Assembly: GCA_040905465.1 (NCBI GenBank)
Contig: JBBDRK010000080.1
Coordinates: 1-36,666, forward strand
Direction of reading: 5' to 3'
Length of the DNA: 36,666 nucleotides
DNA from: Trueperaceae bacterium
Lineage (GTDB): Bacteria > Deinococcota > Deinococci > Deinococcales > Trueperaceae
Below are positions 27,268-35,498 of the stretch, piece after piece. Within the stretch, counting starts at the first letter, position 1, and each line of letters opens with the position of its first letter. The notes under the pieces are model-generated. The model searched no databases. It worked only from the letters and a program-made list of their open reading frames with translations, and was not told the origin of the DNA. The position numbers and the translations under genes are program-made.

Positions 27268-28574
27268 GCATCCAACCCGCAGGTCTCCGCCAGGTTAAGC
27301 ACGGCAAGGTCGAGGTCGAGTTCCGCGTTGAGAACTGCCAGCCTGGCCCGTGCCACGGAGTTCAGCCGACCCGGCTGCTCGGCCTCACCCACTTCCGACA
27401 GCTCGCTCTGCAACGTAAGCCGTCGTAACTCCACGCGGCCCTCGGCGTCGTCGCGGGCCGCCACGGCGCGCAGCACGGTCAATCGGGCTTCGCTCAGGCT
27501 TCGCTCGTACTCGGCGTCCTCTCGGGCGTCGCTCGATTGCGTAGCCGGGAGCGGGCCCGGTTTGGCGGGCCAGGTCAGCGTCAGCGCCTGGCCGACACCG
27601 GTGGGGCTGACGTCGAGCGTTACCGCCCCGGTCGTGGGTCCGCCCGCCGGCAAGGCGACCCGGAGCGCGAGCCGCAGGTCCGCCTGCCAGGCGAGCGCCG
27701 ACGCCGCGGCGGGTCGGTAATGCAGATCGGCGCTCACGTCGAGCGATGCCCGCGTCTTGCCCCGACTGGCATCGGCCGCTGCCGACGACGACGCCGCTTG
27801 CCGCACGAGTTGCGCCCGCCGAGCCTCGCCGAAGGCGACGGTGCACTCATCCAGCGATTCGATCGCCTCGGTCCCCGGCAGCGGCGGACGGCCGACCATC
27901 GACCCGGCAAGGCGGTCGACCCCGATCCCGACGTTCCCCGACACCAGCTCCACCAGCAAGGCACGCTCCCTGCGTGCCCGCTCGAGCGCCTGAGCGACCT
28001 CCAGGTAACCGAGATACTGGCCGTCGGGGGGCGTGCTCGCCCCCGCTCCTTGCAAAGCGCGCCACCGCGGCCGCAGCGCCAGAAGTTCGCGCTGGTGCCG
28101 TTCCAGCACAGCCGCAACCTCGTCGACGTGGGCGAGGAGTCGCAGCGAACGGCGGAACTCGTAGATGCGTCGCTGTCGCTCTGCCAGGTCGTTGTGCTCG
28201 GCCAGCACCAACCGCTCCCACAGCAGCAGCTCCTGGGCGGCTGCCTCCGGGTCGAGCACCGGAACCGTTACGGCGGCTCCGACTCCCAACGCACCGCCGC
28301 CAACGGGGGTGCCGCCGGGGGAGCTACCGGCCGTCGCCCCGAACGATTCCCCAAAGGACCATGCAGAGCTCTGCCGCACGCGCACCTCGGGCAGTCGGTC
28401 GGCACGGACACGCGCCAACTCCTGAGCGACGAGTCCGACATCCTCGCTCGCCGGCTCCGCATTCAGGCGATCGCTGAAAGTTCGCAGCAGGGACGCGGCG
28501 TCGAGCGGTTCGGCCGCCTTGCCGACCGAGAGCAGTAGGGCGAGCAACGCGAAGCTCAACGGTCCGGTCTTCAC
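27150..28574 (-). CDS. Divergent TolC/outer-membrane-efflux-like protein
   Basis: Signal peptide (MKTGPLSFALLALLLSVGKA). OEP-like motifs RADRLPEVRV and LGVGAAVTVPVLD, each flanked by long coiled helices, with a second strand/helix repeat. GTG 28574 overlaps the upstream stop. Confidence 0.6.
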   Translation of the reverse strand: MKTGPLSFALLALLLSVGKAAEPLDAASLLRTFSDRLNAEPASEDVGLVAQELARVRADRLPEVRVRQSSAWSFGESFGATAGSSPGGTPVGGGALGVGAAVTVPVLDPEAAAQELLLWERLVLAEHNDLAERQRRIYEFRRSLRLLAHVDEVAAVLERHQRELLALRPRWRALQGAGASTPPDGQYLGYLEVAQALERARRERALLVELVSGNVGIGVDRLAGSMVGRPPLPGTEAIESLDECTVAFGEARRAQLVRQAASSSAAADASRGKTRASLDVSADLHYRPAAASALAWQADLRLALRVALPAGGPTTGAVTLDVSPTGVGQALTLTWPAKPGPLPATQSSDAREDAEYERSLSEARLTVLRAVAARDDAEGRVELRRLTLQSELSEVGEAEQPGRLNSVARARLAVLNAELDLDLAVLNLAETCGLDAQARISTTSRLSAAIRSTSSARSAWSSSILPSSLRTKRV

Positions 28575-29434
28575 GGCGCTCGCAACGGGGCCGGCAGTCC
28601 GAGACGGTAGGTCGGAGCATCGGCAGCCACCGGCGAGTACTCGATCACCGGCTGGAGGACATAGGCGCTCCCCGGGCTCCCGGCCGGCAACGAGTCGGCC
28701 GTCCACGCAAGAACCAGAGACTCGCCCACCGGCACCGGGATGGGCGCGCCGGACGCCATGAACCAGCCGAAGCCTTCCACGGGAGTGGCAATCGCCGCAC
28801 CTTCAACGGAGCCCCCGCGCCGGCCCGCCGGATCGAAAGCGCGCTCCAGAGCGGCCAGCAGTTCCCCCGAATCGCTGCCTGTGGAGAACAGCAGGCGCCC
28901 TTGCGGCAGTTCGGAGGGGAGGTACTCGACAGCCCCGACCAGCAGTTCTGTCCGGGAGCCGTTGCGCAGGGCGACAGCGAGATACAGACCGGCTGCCGGG
29001 GCCGCCAGCGAGCGTTCGAACGCGAGCGGACCGGGGCGCGCGTCGGCCAAGACGATTCGAGCCGACCCGATGCGATGCCGCACCACGGCGCCCAACTCGA
29101 GCTCGATCCCGAGCTCGTCGAACGAGACGTCGACCTCCCCCTCGGCCGGAGACAGGTACACGGCCAGCAGTCGCGAACCGTGCTCGGTGGAAAAGCCCAG
29201 GACCCTGGCACCATCCGCCACGCTTATTCCGGTCACCTCTTCGGGGATCACGTCGGCGGGCAAGGGCACGGCGATCACCGCCGCGACCCCCGGCGCGGCC
29301 CAACCGAACGTCACCCGCGCCGGGAACTCGGTGCGAAGAACCGCGGTCTGAGCCGCGGTCCGAGCCGCGCCCGTTAGCAGCATGAAAACGAGAAGCGACA
29401 GTACGATCCTGTTGCAGCATCGATCGACTCTCAA
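28571..29434 (-). CDS. Secreted beta-rich hypothetical protein
   Basis: TTG 29434 after AAGGAAGAGGTGATCC (strong anti-SD match). Hydrophobic signal IVLSLLVFMLLTGAARTAA. Alternating beta-strand patterns. Confidence 0.7.
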   Translation of the reverse strand: MRVDRCCNRIVLSLLVFMLLTGAARTAAQTAVLRTEFPARVTFGWAAPGVAAVIAVPLPADVIPEEVTGISVADGARVLGFSTEHGSRLLAVYLSPAEGEVDVSFDELGIELELGAVVRHRIGSARIVLADARPGPLAFERSLAAPAAGLYLAVALRNGSRTELLVGAVEYLPSELPQGRLLFSTGSDSGELLAALERAFDPAGRRGGSVEGAAIATPVEGFGWFMASGAPIPVPVGESLVLAWTADSLPAGSPGSAYVLQPVIEYSPVAADAPTYRLGLPAPLRAP

Positions 29435-29491
29435 GTGGATCACCTCTTCCTTGACCGGAACGTTCCGAGACAGCTCGGAAGGAGCCGGAAC

Positions 29492-29521
29492 GGCGGCGGC
29501 GGACGAGCGCCCGCCGCCGCC
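29492..29521. terminator. GC hairpin between the first and second genes of the accessory operon
   Basis: GGCGGCGGCGG-8 nt-CCGCCGCCGCC, a perfect 11-bp stem, 5 nt past the stop at 29527. Confidence 0.6.
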
Positions 29522-29526
29522 TCGAA

Positions 29527-30201
29527 TCAGTAGACCCGACCCTGCACCAGGGTGCTCTTGGTCCACTGGTCATAGACGGTGGCGTCGCCACTCGCCACTA
29601 TCCGGCGAGTGTTGTCGCTGTAATCCTGATACTTGCGGTAGTAGTAGCGCCAGCGCTCGTACGGGTAGGCAACGAAGAACTTGTAGTAGGTTCGTGGTGG
29701 TATCGTGAATCGCTCGACCAGCTTGCGGCTGGTTTCGTACTCACCTCCGACGTGGGCCTGAACGAACCATTGCGGCACCGAACCACCCAGGGACCAGTCG
29801 AAGGCCTCTCGATAGGTGTAGGTGACATCGAACGGTCCCCAATACCGGTCCGTGTCGTTGACACGGTGCCAGATCAGGTTGCCGGCAACGGCCGGGCGCG
29901 AGATCAGCGAGCGATAGGCGAACTCCCAGTAGCTGGAGCCGGTCCTGCTGGGGCTCGAGCTGCTCGACGTCGACGAGTCATCGCTCCCGCTGCAGCCGGA
30001 GAGGCATCCACCGGTGACCGCCGCCAACTCGGCCTCGCCGATCGGCGTAAACGCCGGCGCCTGATACCCGTGGACGCCAGCCGTCAGCGGCCAGAGCATC
30101 TGCGCCACTACGACCGTCGCCGCTATGAGCCATGCCCGTTCGGCGGCCGGTCTGCGGCGGCATGTGGTCCACGCTCCAGCCTGGAATGCCAGTACCTGCA
30201 T
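29527..30201 (-). CDS. Secreted protein with double-glycine-type leader motif and putative aerolysin-like beta-pore core
   Basis: ATG 30201 after GAGGTGAT. Hydrophobic signal, FTPIGEAELAAVTGG motif, Ser-rich linker, then Tyr/Trp-rich beta domain. The coding call is confident; the function is inferred. Confidence 0.65.
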   Translation of the reverse strand: MQVLAFQAGAWTTCRRRPAAERAWLIAATVVVAQMLWPLTAGVHGYQAPAFTPIGEAELAAVTGGCLSGCSGSDDSSTSSSSSPSRTGSSYWEFAYRSLISRPAVAGNLIWHRVNDTDRYWGPFDVTYTYREAFDWSLGGSVPQWFVQAHVGGEYETSRKLVERFTIPPRTYYKFFVAYPYERWRYYYRKYQDYSDNTRRIVASGDATVYDQWTKSTLVQGRVY

Positions 30202-30463
30202 ACGCAAATCACCTCGCTCTTCCCTGCGGGCAGTTCGACATCCGGACCGGCGAGAAAGAGGGGCGCTGCCCGGCGCTCCCCCGCATTGCTGCCTGTGCGC
30301 ACGTGGCGAGTATTGAGCAGTGTCGAGCGGAGCGCCAGAAGCGATTGCCTAGAGGCGCCGGGCACGACCGCCGTCACCCGCCGGCAAAGGTAGTGGCCAC
30401 CCGGCCGTCCGAGTCCGCCAGGTCGTCTTCGGCAGCGAATGTCCGGTGATACACTCCTCAGCT

Positions 30464-31312
30464 ATGAGTGAAGAGTCATCGGCAGTGATAGTTGCCTATC
30501 AGGGAGTTCCCGGCGCCTTCAGTGAGGTTGCCTCGCTGCAGTTCGCGCCCGGCGGCGAGGCGGTCGGGTTCCCCAGTTTCGACCAGGCCTTCCAGGCGGC
30601 CCTCGAAGGAGCCTGCACGCACGCCTGCCTGCCCGTCGAGAACAGCCTGGCCGGCTCGATAAACCAGACCTACGACCTGCTGACCGACTCCGCACTGCAC
30701 GTCGTCGGCGAGCAGGTAGTGAGGGTTCACCACAACCTCCTCGTGCGCTCCGGAACTCGCCTTGAGGATGTCGAGCGGGTATACAGTCATCCGCAGGCGC
30801 TGGCGCAGTGTCAGGAGTTCATCCGCAAACACGGCTTCGAGGCGGTTACAGACTTCGACACCGCCGGTGCCGCGAAATTGCTTTCCGAGAACGGCGGCTC
30901 CGGCAAGGCGGCCATCGCCTCGAAGCGCTCGGCAGATATCTATGGGCTGGAGATCCTCGTCGAGAATATCGAAGACACCGACTTCAACTACACCCGATTC
31001 TTCATCCTCGGACCGGAGGAGGCGCCGCGGCCCTCGGGAGCAAGCAAGACGAGCCTGGTGCTGGCCACCAGACACCGGCCCGGCGACCTGGTTTCGTGCC
31101 TGGAGGAGTTTCCGCGCAACGACATCAACATCACCAAGATCGAAAGCCGCCCGAGGCGCGACAAACCGTGGAGCTACCTGTTCTACATCGACATCGAGGG
31201 GCACGTCGCCGACGAAAACGTCGCCCGGGCCCTGACGGCGCTGATGCGAAAGGCCGCCTACGTGAAATTCCTCGGTTCCTACCCGGCTGCCGCGGCGATG
31301 ATCGAAGATTGA
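30464..31312 (+). CDS. pheA: Prephenate dehydratase
   Basis: AYQG.PGAFS, PVENS..GSI, SHPQALAQC, NYTRF, ACT domain with KIESRP. Confidence 0.96.
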   Translation: MSEESSAVIVAYQGVPGAFSEVASLQFAPGGEAVGFPSFDQAFQAALEGACTHACLPVENSLAGSINQTYDLLTDSALHVVGEQVVRVHHNLLVRSGTRLEDVERVYSHPQALAQCQEFIRKHGFEAVTDFDTAGAAKLLSENGGSGKAAIASKRSADIYGLEILVENIEDTDFNYTRFFILGPEEAPRPSGASKTSLVLATRHRPGDLVSCLEEFPRNDINITKIESRPRRDKPWSYLFYIDIEGHVADENVARALTALMRKAAYVKFLGSYPAAAAMIED

Positions 31313-31408
31313 GGCGAGGCCCGTTACGAAAGCAGTTGTACGAAATCGGCCGTACGAATGCAGTTGCGAACGAATGGCGATCGGGCCCTTGCCGGGCTAC
31401 ACTCGGCC

Positions 31409-31699
31409 ATGGCCGAAGGCGACAGCGAGAGCAGCACAGGTAGCGGTAGCGATTTCGGCAGCGATAGCAGTACCGATAACAGCAATGCCGAGAGCCTGAC
31501 CCTCGGCGACGCCCTCAAGCTGTCGGGCCTGGTGGACACCGGCGGTCACGCAAAGGGCCTCATCCAGGGCGGGCTGGTGAAGGTGAACGGGCAGGTCGAG
31601 CGCAGGCGCAAGCGACGCGTCGGGCACGGCGACGAGATCGAGGTTGCGGGTGAGTTGTTCGTGGTCGAGGCGCAAGACGGCCCCTCAGCCGGCGACTGA
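31409..31699 (+). CDS. S4-domain RNA-binding protein (YbcJ/YaaA-like)
   Basis: LGDALKLSGLVDTGGHAKGLIQGGLVKVNGQVERRRKRRV. Ser-rich N-terminal extension. Confidence 0.88.
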   Translation: MAEGDSESSTGSGSDFGSDSSTDNSNAESLTLGDALKLSGLVDTGGHAKGLIQGGLVKVNGQVERRRKRRVGHGDEIEVAGELFVVEAQDGPSAGD

Positions 31700-31708
31700 C
31701 GCGCTCCA

Positions 31709-31756
31709 AACGCGCCCTCAGCCGCCTTGAACGCGCCCTCAACGCGCCCTCAACGC
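31709..31756. repeat. 11-bp direct repeat AACGCGCCCTC, three copies plus a partial
   Basis: Copies at 31709, 31730 and 31741; partial AACGC at 31752. Confidence 0.8.
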
Positions 31757-32163
31757 ATCCGCGAAGTACGCTGCAGCGGCGTGATTCGAACCGACGGCAA
31801 TGCGGCGAGTGTGACGCTCTCGCCGGGAAGGACCAGCGAGCGACGACGGTAGCGGCCGGCCGCCGGTGCGCTCAGCCTTTCGAACAGGCCTTCGGCCGTC
31901 CGCAACAGCCATACCTCCTTCACGTTCGCCCGGGCACAGCGCACTACCAGGTCGAATCCCACGCCGCCGGAGCTTGCAACCACCAGTTGCAGCTTATCGC
32001 TCCTCAGAGGAAGCGCGTCGAAGGGAGGTGGCACCAGGGCCAACGGCGGTGGTTGCTCGCCCCAGCCGACGACCGGGCAACCGACGCAGACTACCGATAG
32101 TCGGCTGGTAGCCAGGGCGAGCTCGCCCGCCAGTACGGCGAACTGCGGGTCGAGTTCCGGCAT
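31750..32163 (-). CDS. Degenerate Uma2-family (DUF820) endonuclease-like protein
   Basis: C-terminus ARANVKEVWLL...LFERLSAPAAGRYR...PGESVTLAALP resembles the Uma2 pattern YARAGIPEYWLV...P..G.Y. Catalytic acidic residues are not evident. Confidence 0.55.
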   Translation of the reverse strand: MPELDPQFAVLAGELALATSRLSVVCVGCPVVGWGEQPPPLALVPPPFDALPLRSDKLQLVVASSGGVGFDLVVRCARANVKEVWLLRTAEGLFERLSAPAAGRYRRRSLVLPGESVTLAALPSVRITPLQRTSRMR

Positions 32164-32296
32164 GCCATAGTCTGCGTGGCGGATCGACGGTCGAACGGCC
32201 CCGGTCGGCCGCTGCCCAGGGAGGATCGGCGTTGCCCGCTGCGCCCGGAAGCCGCCGGGCAGCGTGATACACTCCGCTCCGAATGCGGGAACCCTG

Positions 32297-35200
32297 ATGC
32301 CCAGACGCGACGATATCGAGACCATCCTCATCCTCGGTTCCGGCCCGATCGTAATCGGACAGGCCGCCGAGTTCGACTACTCCGGTACCCAGGCGTGCAA
32401 AGCCTTGCGCGCGGTGGGCTACCGGGTGGTGCTGGTGAACTCCAACCCGGCGACGATCATGACCGACCCGGACGTCGCCGACCGGACCTACATCGAACCG
32501 CTCACGCCCGAAACGGTCGAGCGAATAATCGAACGGGAGCGCCCGGACGTGCTCCTGCCGACCCTTGGCGGCCAGACCGCCCTCAACTTGGCCAAGTCGC
32601 TATGGGAAGAGGGAGTTCTCGAACGGCTGGGCGTCGAACTCATCGGCGCCAACTATGAAGCCATCCAGAAGGGCGAAGACCGCCAGCGGTTCCAGCAGGC
32701 GATGGCGGGCATAGGTATCGCCACACCCGCGGGCCGAATGGTAGGCAGCCTCGAGGAAGGGCTGGCGTTCGTCCAGGAGATCGGCTATCCAGCGATAATC
32801 CGCCCGTCGTTCACGCTTGGCGGCACCGGCGGCGGCATCGCTCACAGCGAAACGGAGTTCCGCCAGATCATGCGTCAGGGGCTCCACGACTCGCCGGTCC
32901 ACACCGTGCTGGTCGAACAGTCGGTGCTCGGCTGGAAGGAGTACGAGCTCGAGGTGATGCGCGACCAGAACGACACCGTCGTGATCATCTGCTCGATCGA
33001 GAACCTCGATCCCATGGGGGTCCACACCGGCGACTCCATCACCGTGGCACCGGCCCAGACGCTCTCCGACAAGGAGTATCAGCAGCTTCGCGATTACTCC
33101 ATCGCCATCATCCGCGAGATCGGCGTAGACACCGGTGGCTCAAACATCCAGTTCGCCGTCGATCCGCGAAGCGGCGACGTCATCGTCATCGAGATGAACC
33201 CGCGGGTTTCGCGCTCGTCGGCCCTGGCATCGAAGGCCACCGGCTACCCGATCGCCAAGATCGCCGCGCTGCTTGCCGTGGGCTATCACCTCGACGAACT
33301 GCCCAACGACATCACCAAGGAGACCAAGGCGGCGTTCGAACCGTCGATCGACTACGTGGTGACCAAGATCCCACGCTTCGCGTTCGAGAAGTTCCCAGGA
33401 GCCAGCCGCGAGCTAAGCACCCAGATGCGCTCGGTCGGCGAGGTAATGGCCATCGGCCGCACGTTCAAGGAGAGTCTCCTCAAGGCGATCCGTTCGCTCG
33501 AGCTCGACATCCGCGGGGAGGCCGGAGATCTCAATCTAGCCCAACTAGAGGCGCGCCTGACTCCGCAGCCGCTGCGCCTGCCGGCCGTGATGGAGTTGTT
33601 GCGGCGCGGCAAGAGCGTTCCGTACCTGTTCGAACGGACCCGGATCGACCCCTGGTTCCTGGGTCAGCTCCGTGAAATCGTCGAGGCCGAGCAGGAGATC
33701 GCCGCGCTGCCGGCGCCTACGAATTGGGACTGGGAGCTGTGGCGCGAGATCAAGAGGCTCGGCTTCTCGGACGCAGACATAGCTGCCCTCACGGCGACCG
33801 ACGCCAAGGAAATCCGCCGGCTGCGTCTGGAGCAAGGCGGCGCCCCGGTATACAAGACCGTCGACACCTGCGCCGCCGAGTTCGAGGCCTACACTCCATA
33901 CCACTACAGCACCTACGAATGGGAAGACGAAGTGGTCGCTTCCGACCGCGACAAGGTCATCATTCTCGGCTCCGGCCCCAACCGGATCGGCCAGGGCGTG
34001 GAGTTCGACTACGCCACCGTGCACGCGGTCTGGGCACTTCGTGAAGCCGGCTTCGAGACGATAATGGTGAACTCCAACCCGGAGACGGTGTCGACCGATT
34101 ACGACACCGCCGACCGGCTGTACTTCGAGCCTCTGACGCTCGAAGACGTGCTGAACATCGTCGAGCACGAACGTCCCAAGGGCGTTATCGTCCAACTGGG
34201 AGGACAGACGCCGCTGCGGCTGGCGCAAGGGCTAAGCGACGCCGGCGTGCCGATCTGGGGGACCAGCGCCGAAGCGATCCACTTCGCCGAGGACCGCGAC
34301 GCCTTCCACGCCTTGTGCGAACGGCTGGCCATACCGCAGCCGGCCGGTGGCGTGACCGACAGACCCGCGGGAGCAAAGCGGCTCGCCAACGAGATCGGCT
34401 ACCCGGTAATGGTCAGGCCCTCCTATGTGCTGGGTGGCCGGGCGATGATGGTTGTCCGTTCCGATCAGGAGCTCGACGCCTACCTCGCGGAGGTGTACGC
34501 CGAACTTCCCGGGAATCCGTCGATCCTGGTCGACGACTTCATCGAGGGTGCCGGCGAGGTGGACGTCGACGCGCTGTCCGACGGGCATACGACCGTGGTG
34601 GCCGGGATCATGGAACACATAGAGGGTGCTGGCGTCCACTCGGGCGACAGCGCGACTATCACCCCACCCGTCGGACTGTCCGACCAGGCGCTGACTTCGA
34701 TCTCCGACTACACCGTACGTCTGGCCGAAGCGATCGGCGTTCGCGGCCTGATCAACGTGCAGTTCGTGGTTCGTGGCGACGAGGTACTGGTTATCGAAGC
34801 CAACCCGCGAGCCAGCCGGACGATCCCCTACCTGTCCAAAGCCATCGGCCATCCGCTCGCAAAGTACGCCGCGCTCATCGCCGCCGGCAAGACGCTCGAT
34901 GAGATCGGCTTCACCACCACACCGGTACCGCGCCTGTATTCGGTGAAGGAAGTGGTACTGCCGTTTCTCAAGTTTGCCGGTGTCATTCCGCGGCTCGGGC
35001 CCGAGATGCGCTCGACAGGCGAAAGCATGGGCATCTCGCCCGACCCGCATCTCGCGTACTACAAGGCGCAACTCGGTGCCGGCGTGCGGCTGCCGCTCAC
35101 GGGACGGGTAAGGTTCACGGGTCCGGGTCTGGAGGCGCTGCAGTGCGAGTTTCAGGAAATGGGTTTCGAGGTGGTCGCCGGCACCGACGGCACGGATTCA

Positions 35201-35368
35201 GAGCCGGGATACGACCTGCTGATCGACACGGATGTCGGCCGCGAGGCCCGCGCAGCCCTGGAAGCCGGTATCCCCTACGTCACGACTGTAGAAGCAGCCC
35301 GATGGTCGATGCGGGCTATTGCCGCCGCCAAGCGCGGTGGCCTGGATGTCAGGTCGCTACAGGAGTAG
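32297..35368 (+). CDS. carB: Carbamoyl-phosphate synthase large subunit
   Basis: [28 protein letters not shown], two ATP-grasp repeats ([19 protein letters not shown]), [10 protein letters not shown]. Confidence 0.98.
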   Translation: MPRRDDIETILILGSGPIVIGQAAEFDYSGTQACKALRAVGYRVVLVNSNPATIMTDPDVADRTYIEPLTPETVERIIERERPDVLLPTLGGQTALNLAKSLWEEGVLERLGVELIGANYEAIQKGEDRQRFQQAMAGIGIATPAGRMVGSLEEGLAFVQEIGYPAIIRPSFTLGGTGGGIAHSETEFRQIMRQGLHDSPVHTVLVEQSVLGWKEYELEVMRDQNDTVVIICSIENLDPMGVHTGDSITVAPAQTLSDKEYQQLRDYSIAIIREIGVDTGGSNIQFAVDPRSGDVIVIEMNPRVSRSSALASKATGYPIAKIAALLAVGYHLDELPNDITKETKAAFEPSIDYVVTKIPRFAFEKFPGASRELSTQMRSVGEVMAIGRTFKESLLKAIRSLELDIRGEAGDLNLAQLEARLTPQPLRLPAVMELLRRGKSVPYLFERTRIDPWFLGQLREIVEAEQEIAALPAPTNWDWELWREIKRLGFSDADIAALTATDAKEIRRLRLEQGGAPVYKTVDTCAAEFEAYTPYHYSTYEWEDEVVASDRDKVIILGSGPNRIGQGVEFDYATVHAVWALREAGFETIMVNSNPETVSTDYDTADRLYFEPLTLEDVLNIVEHERPKGVIVQLGGQTPLRLAQGLSDAGVPIWGTSAEAIHFAEDRDAFHALCERLAIPQPAGGVTDRPAGAKRLANEIGYPVMVRPSYVLGGRAMMVVRSDQELDAYLAEVYAELPGNPSILVDDFIEGAGEVDVDALSDGHTTVVAGIMEHIEGAGVHSGDSATITPPVGLSDQALTSISDYTVRLAEAIGVRGLINVQFVVRGDEVLVIEANPRASRTIPYLSKAIGHPLAKYAALIAAGKTLDEIGFTTTPVPRLYSVKEVVLPFLKFAGVIPRLGPEMRSTGESMGISPDPHLAYYKAQLGAGVRLPLTGRVRFTGPGLEALQCEFQEMGFEVVAGTDGTDSEPGYDLLIDTDVGREARAALEAGIPYVTTVEAARWSMRAIAAAKRGGLDVRSLQE

Positions 35369-35498
35369 CTCGGCTATGTTAGGCCGCTGTAAGGAGGGCT
35401 CGGCAGACGGGCTCGCGCTCGTGCGGCGCCAGGACTGATGGCGTTGTAGCGAGCTTCGACGAGCGAACGCCCCTTCGCCCGGCCGTGGATCGGTCCAC

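Noticed and set aside
29992-30003. LSGC lipobox followed by a Ser-rich linker
   Set aside because: The Cys is about residue 70 and is preceded by the acidic EAEL segment rather than an h-region, so lipidation is unlikely unless an unseen internal start is used.
30148-30165. Tat signal (TCRRRP) in the secreted precursor
   Set aside because: Lacks the S/T-R-R-x-F-L consensus; more likely just a basic n-region.
27150-30450. Mobile element or prophage carrying the accessory operon
   Set aside because: No integrase, transposase, tRNA target or flanking direct repeats seen, and no obvious GC shift by eye.
30202-30463. Known riboswitch (e.g. c-di-GMP-I, cobalamin) upstream of the accessory operon
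   Set aside because: No conserved aptamer motifs recognised on either strand.
31709-31756. CRISPR array
   Set aside because: Repeats are only 11 bp, there are no spacer-length unique sequences, and no cas genes are present.
35050-35368. carB truncated or pseudogenised, with carA missing
   Set aside because: The frame is intact with both ATP-grasp domains. A short C-terminal domain and an unlinked carA do not indicate decay.
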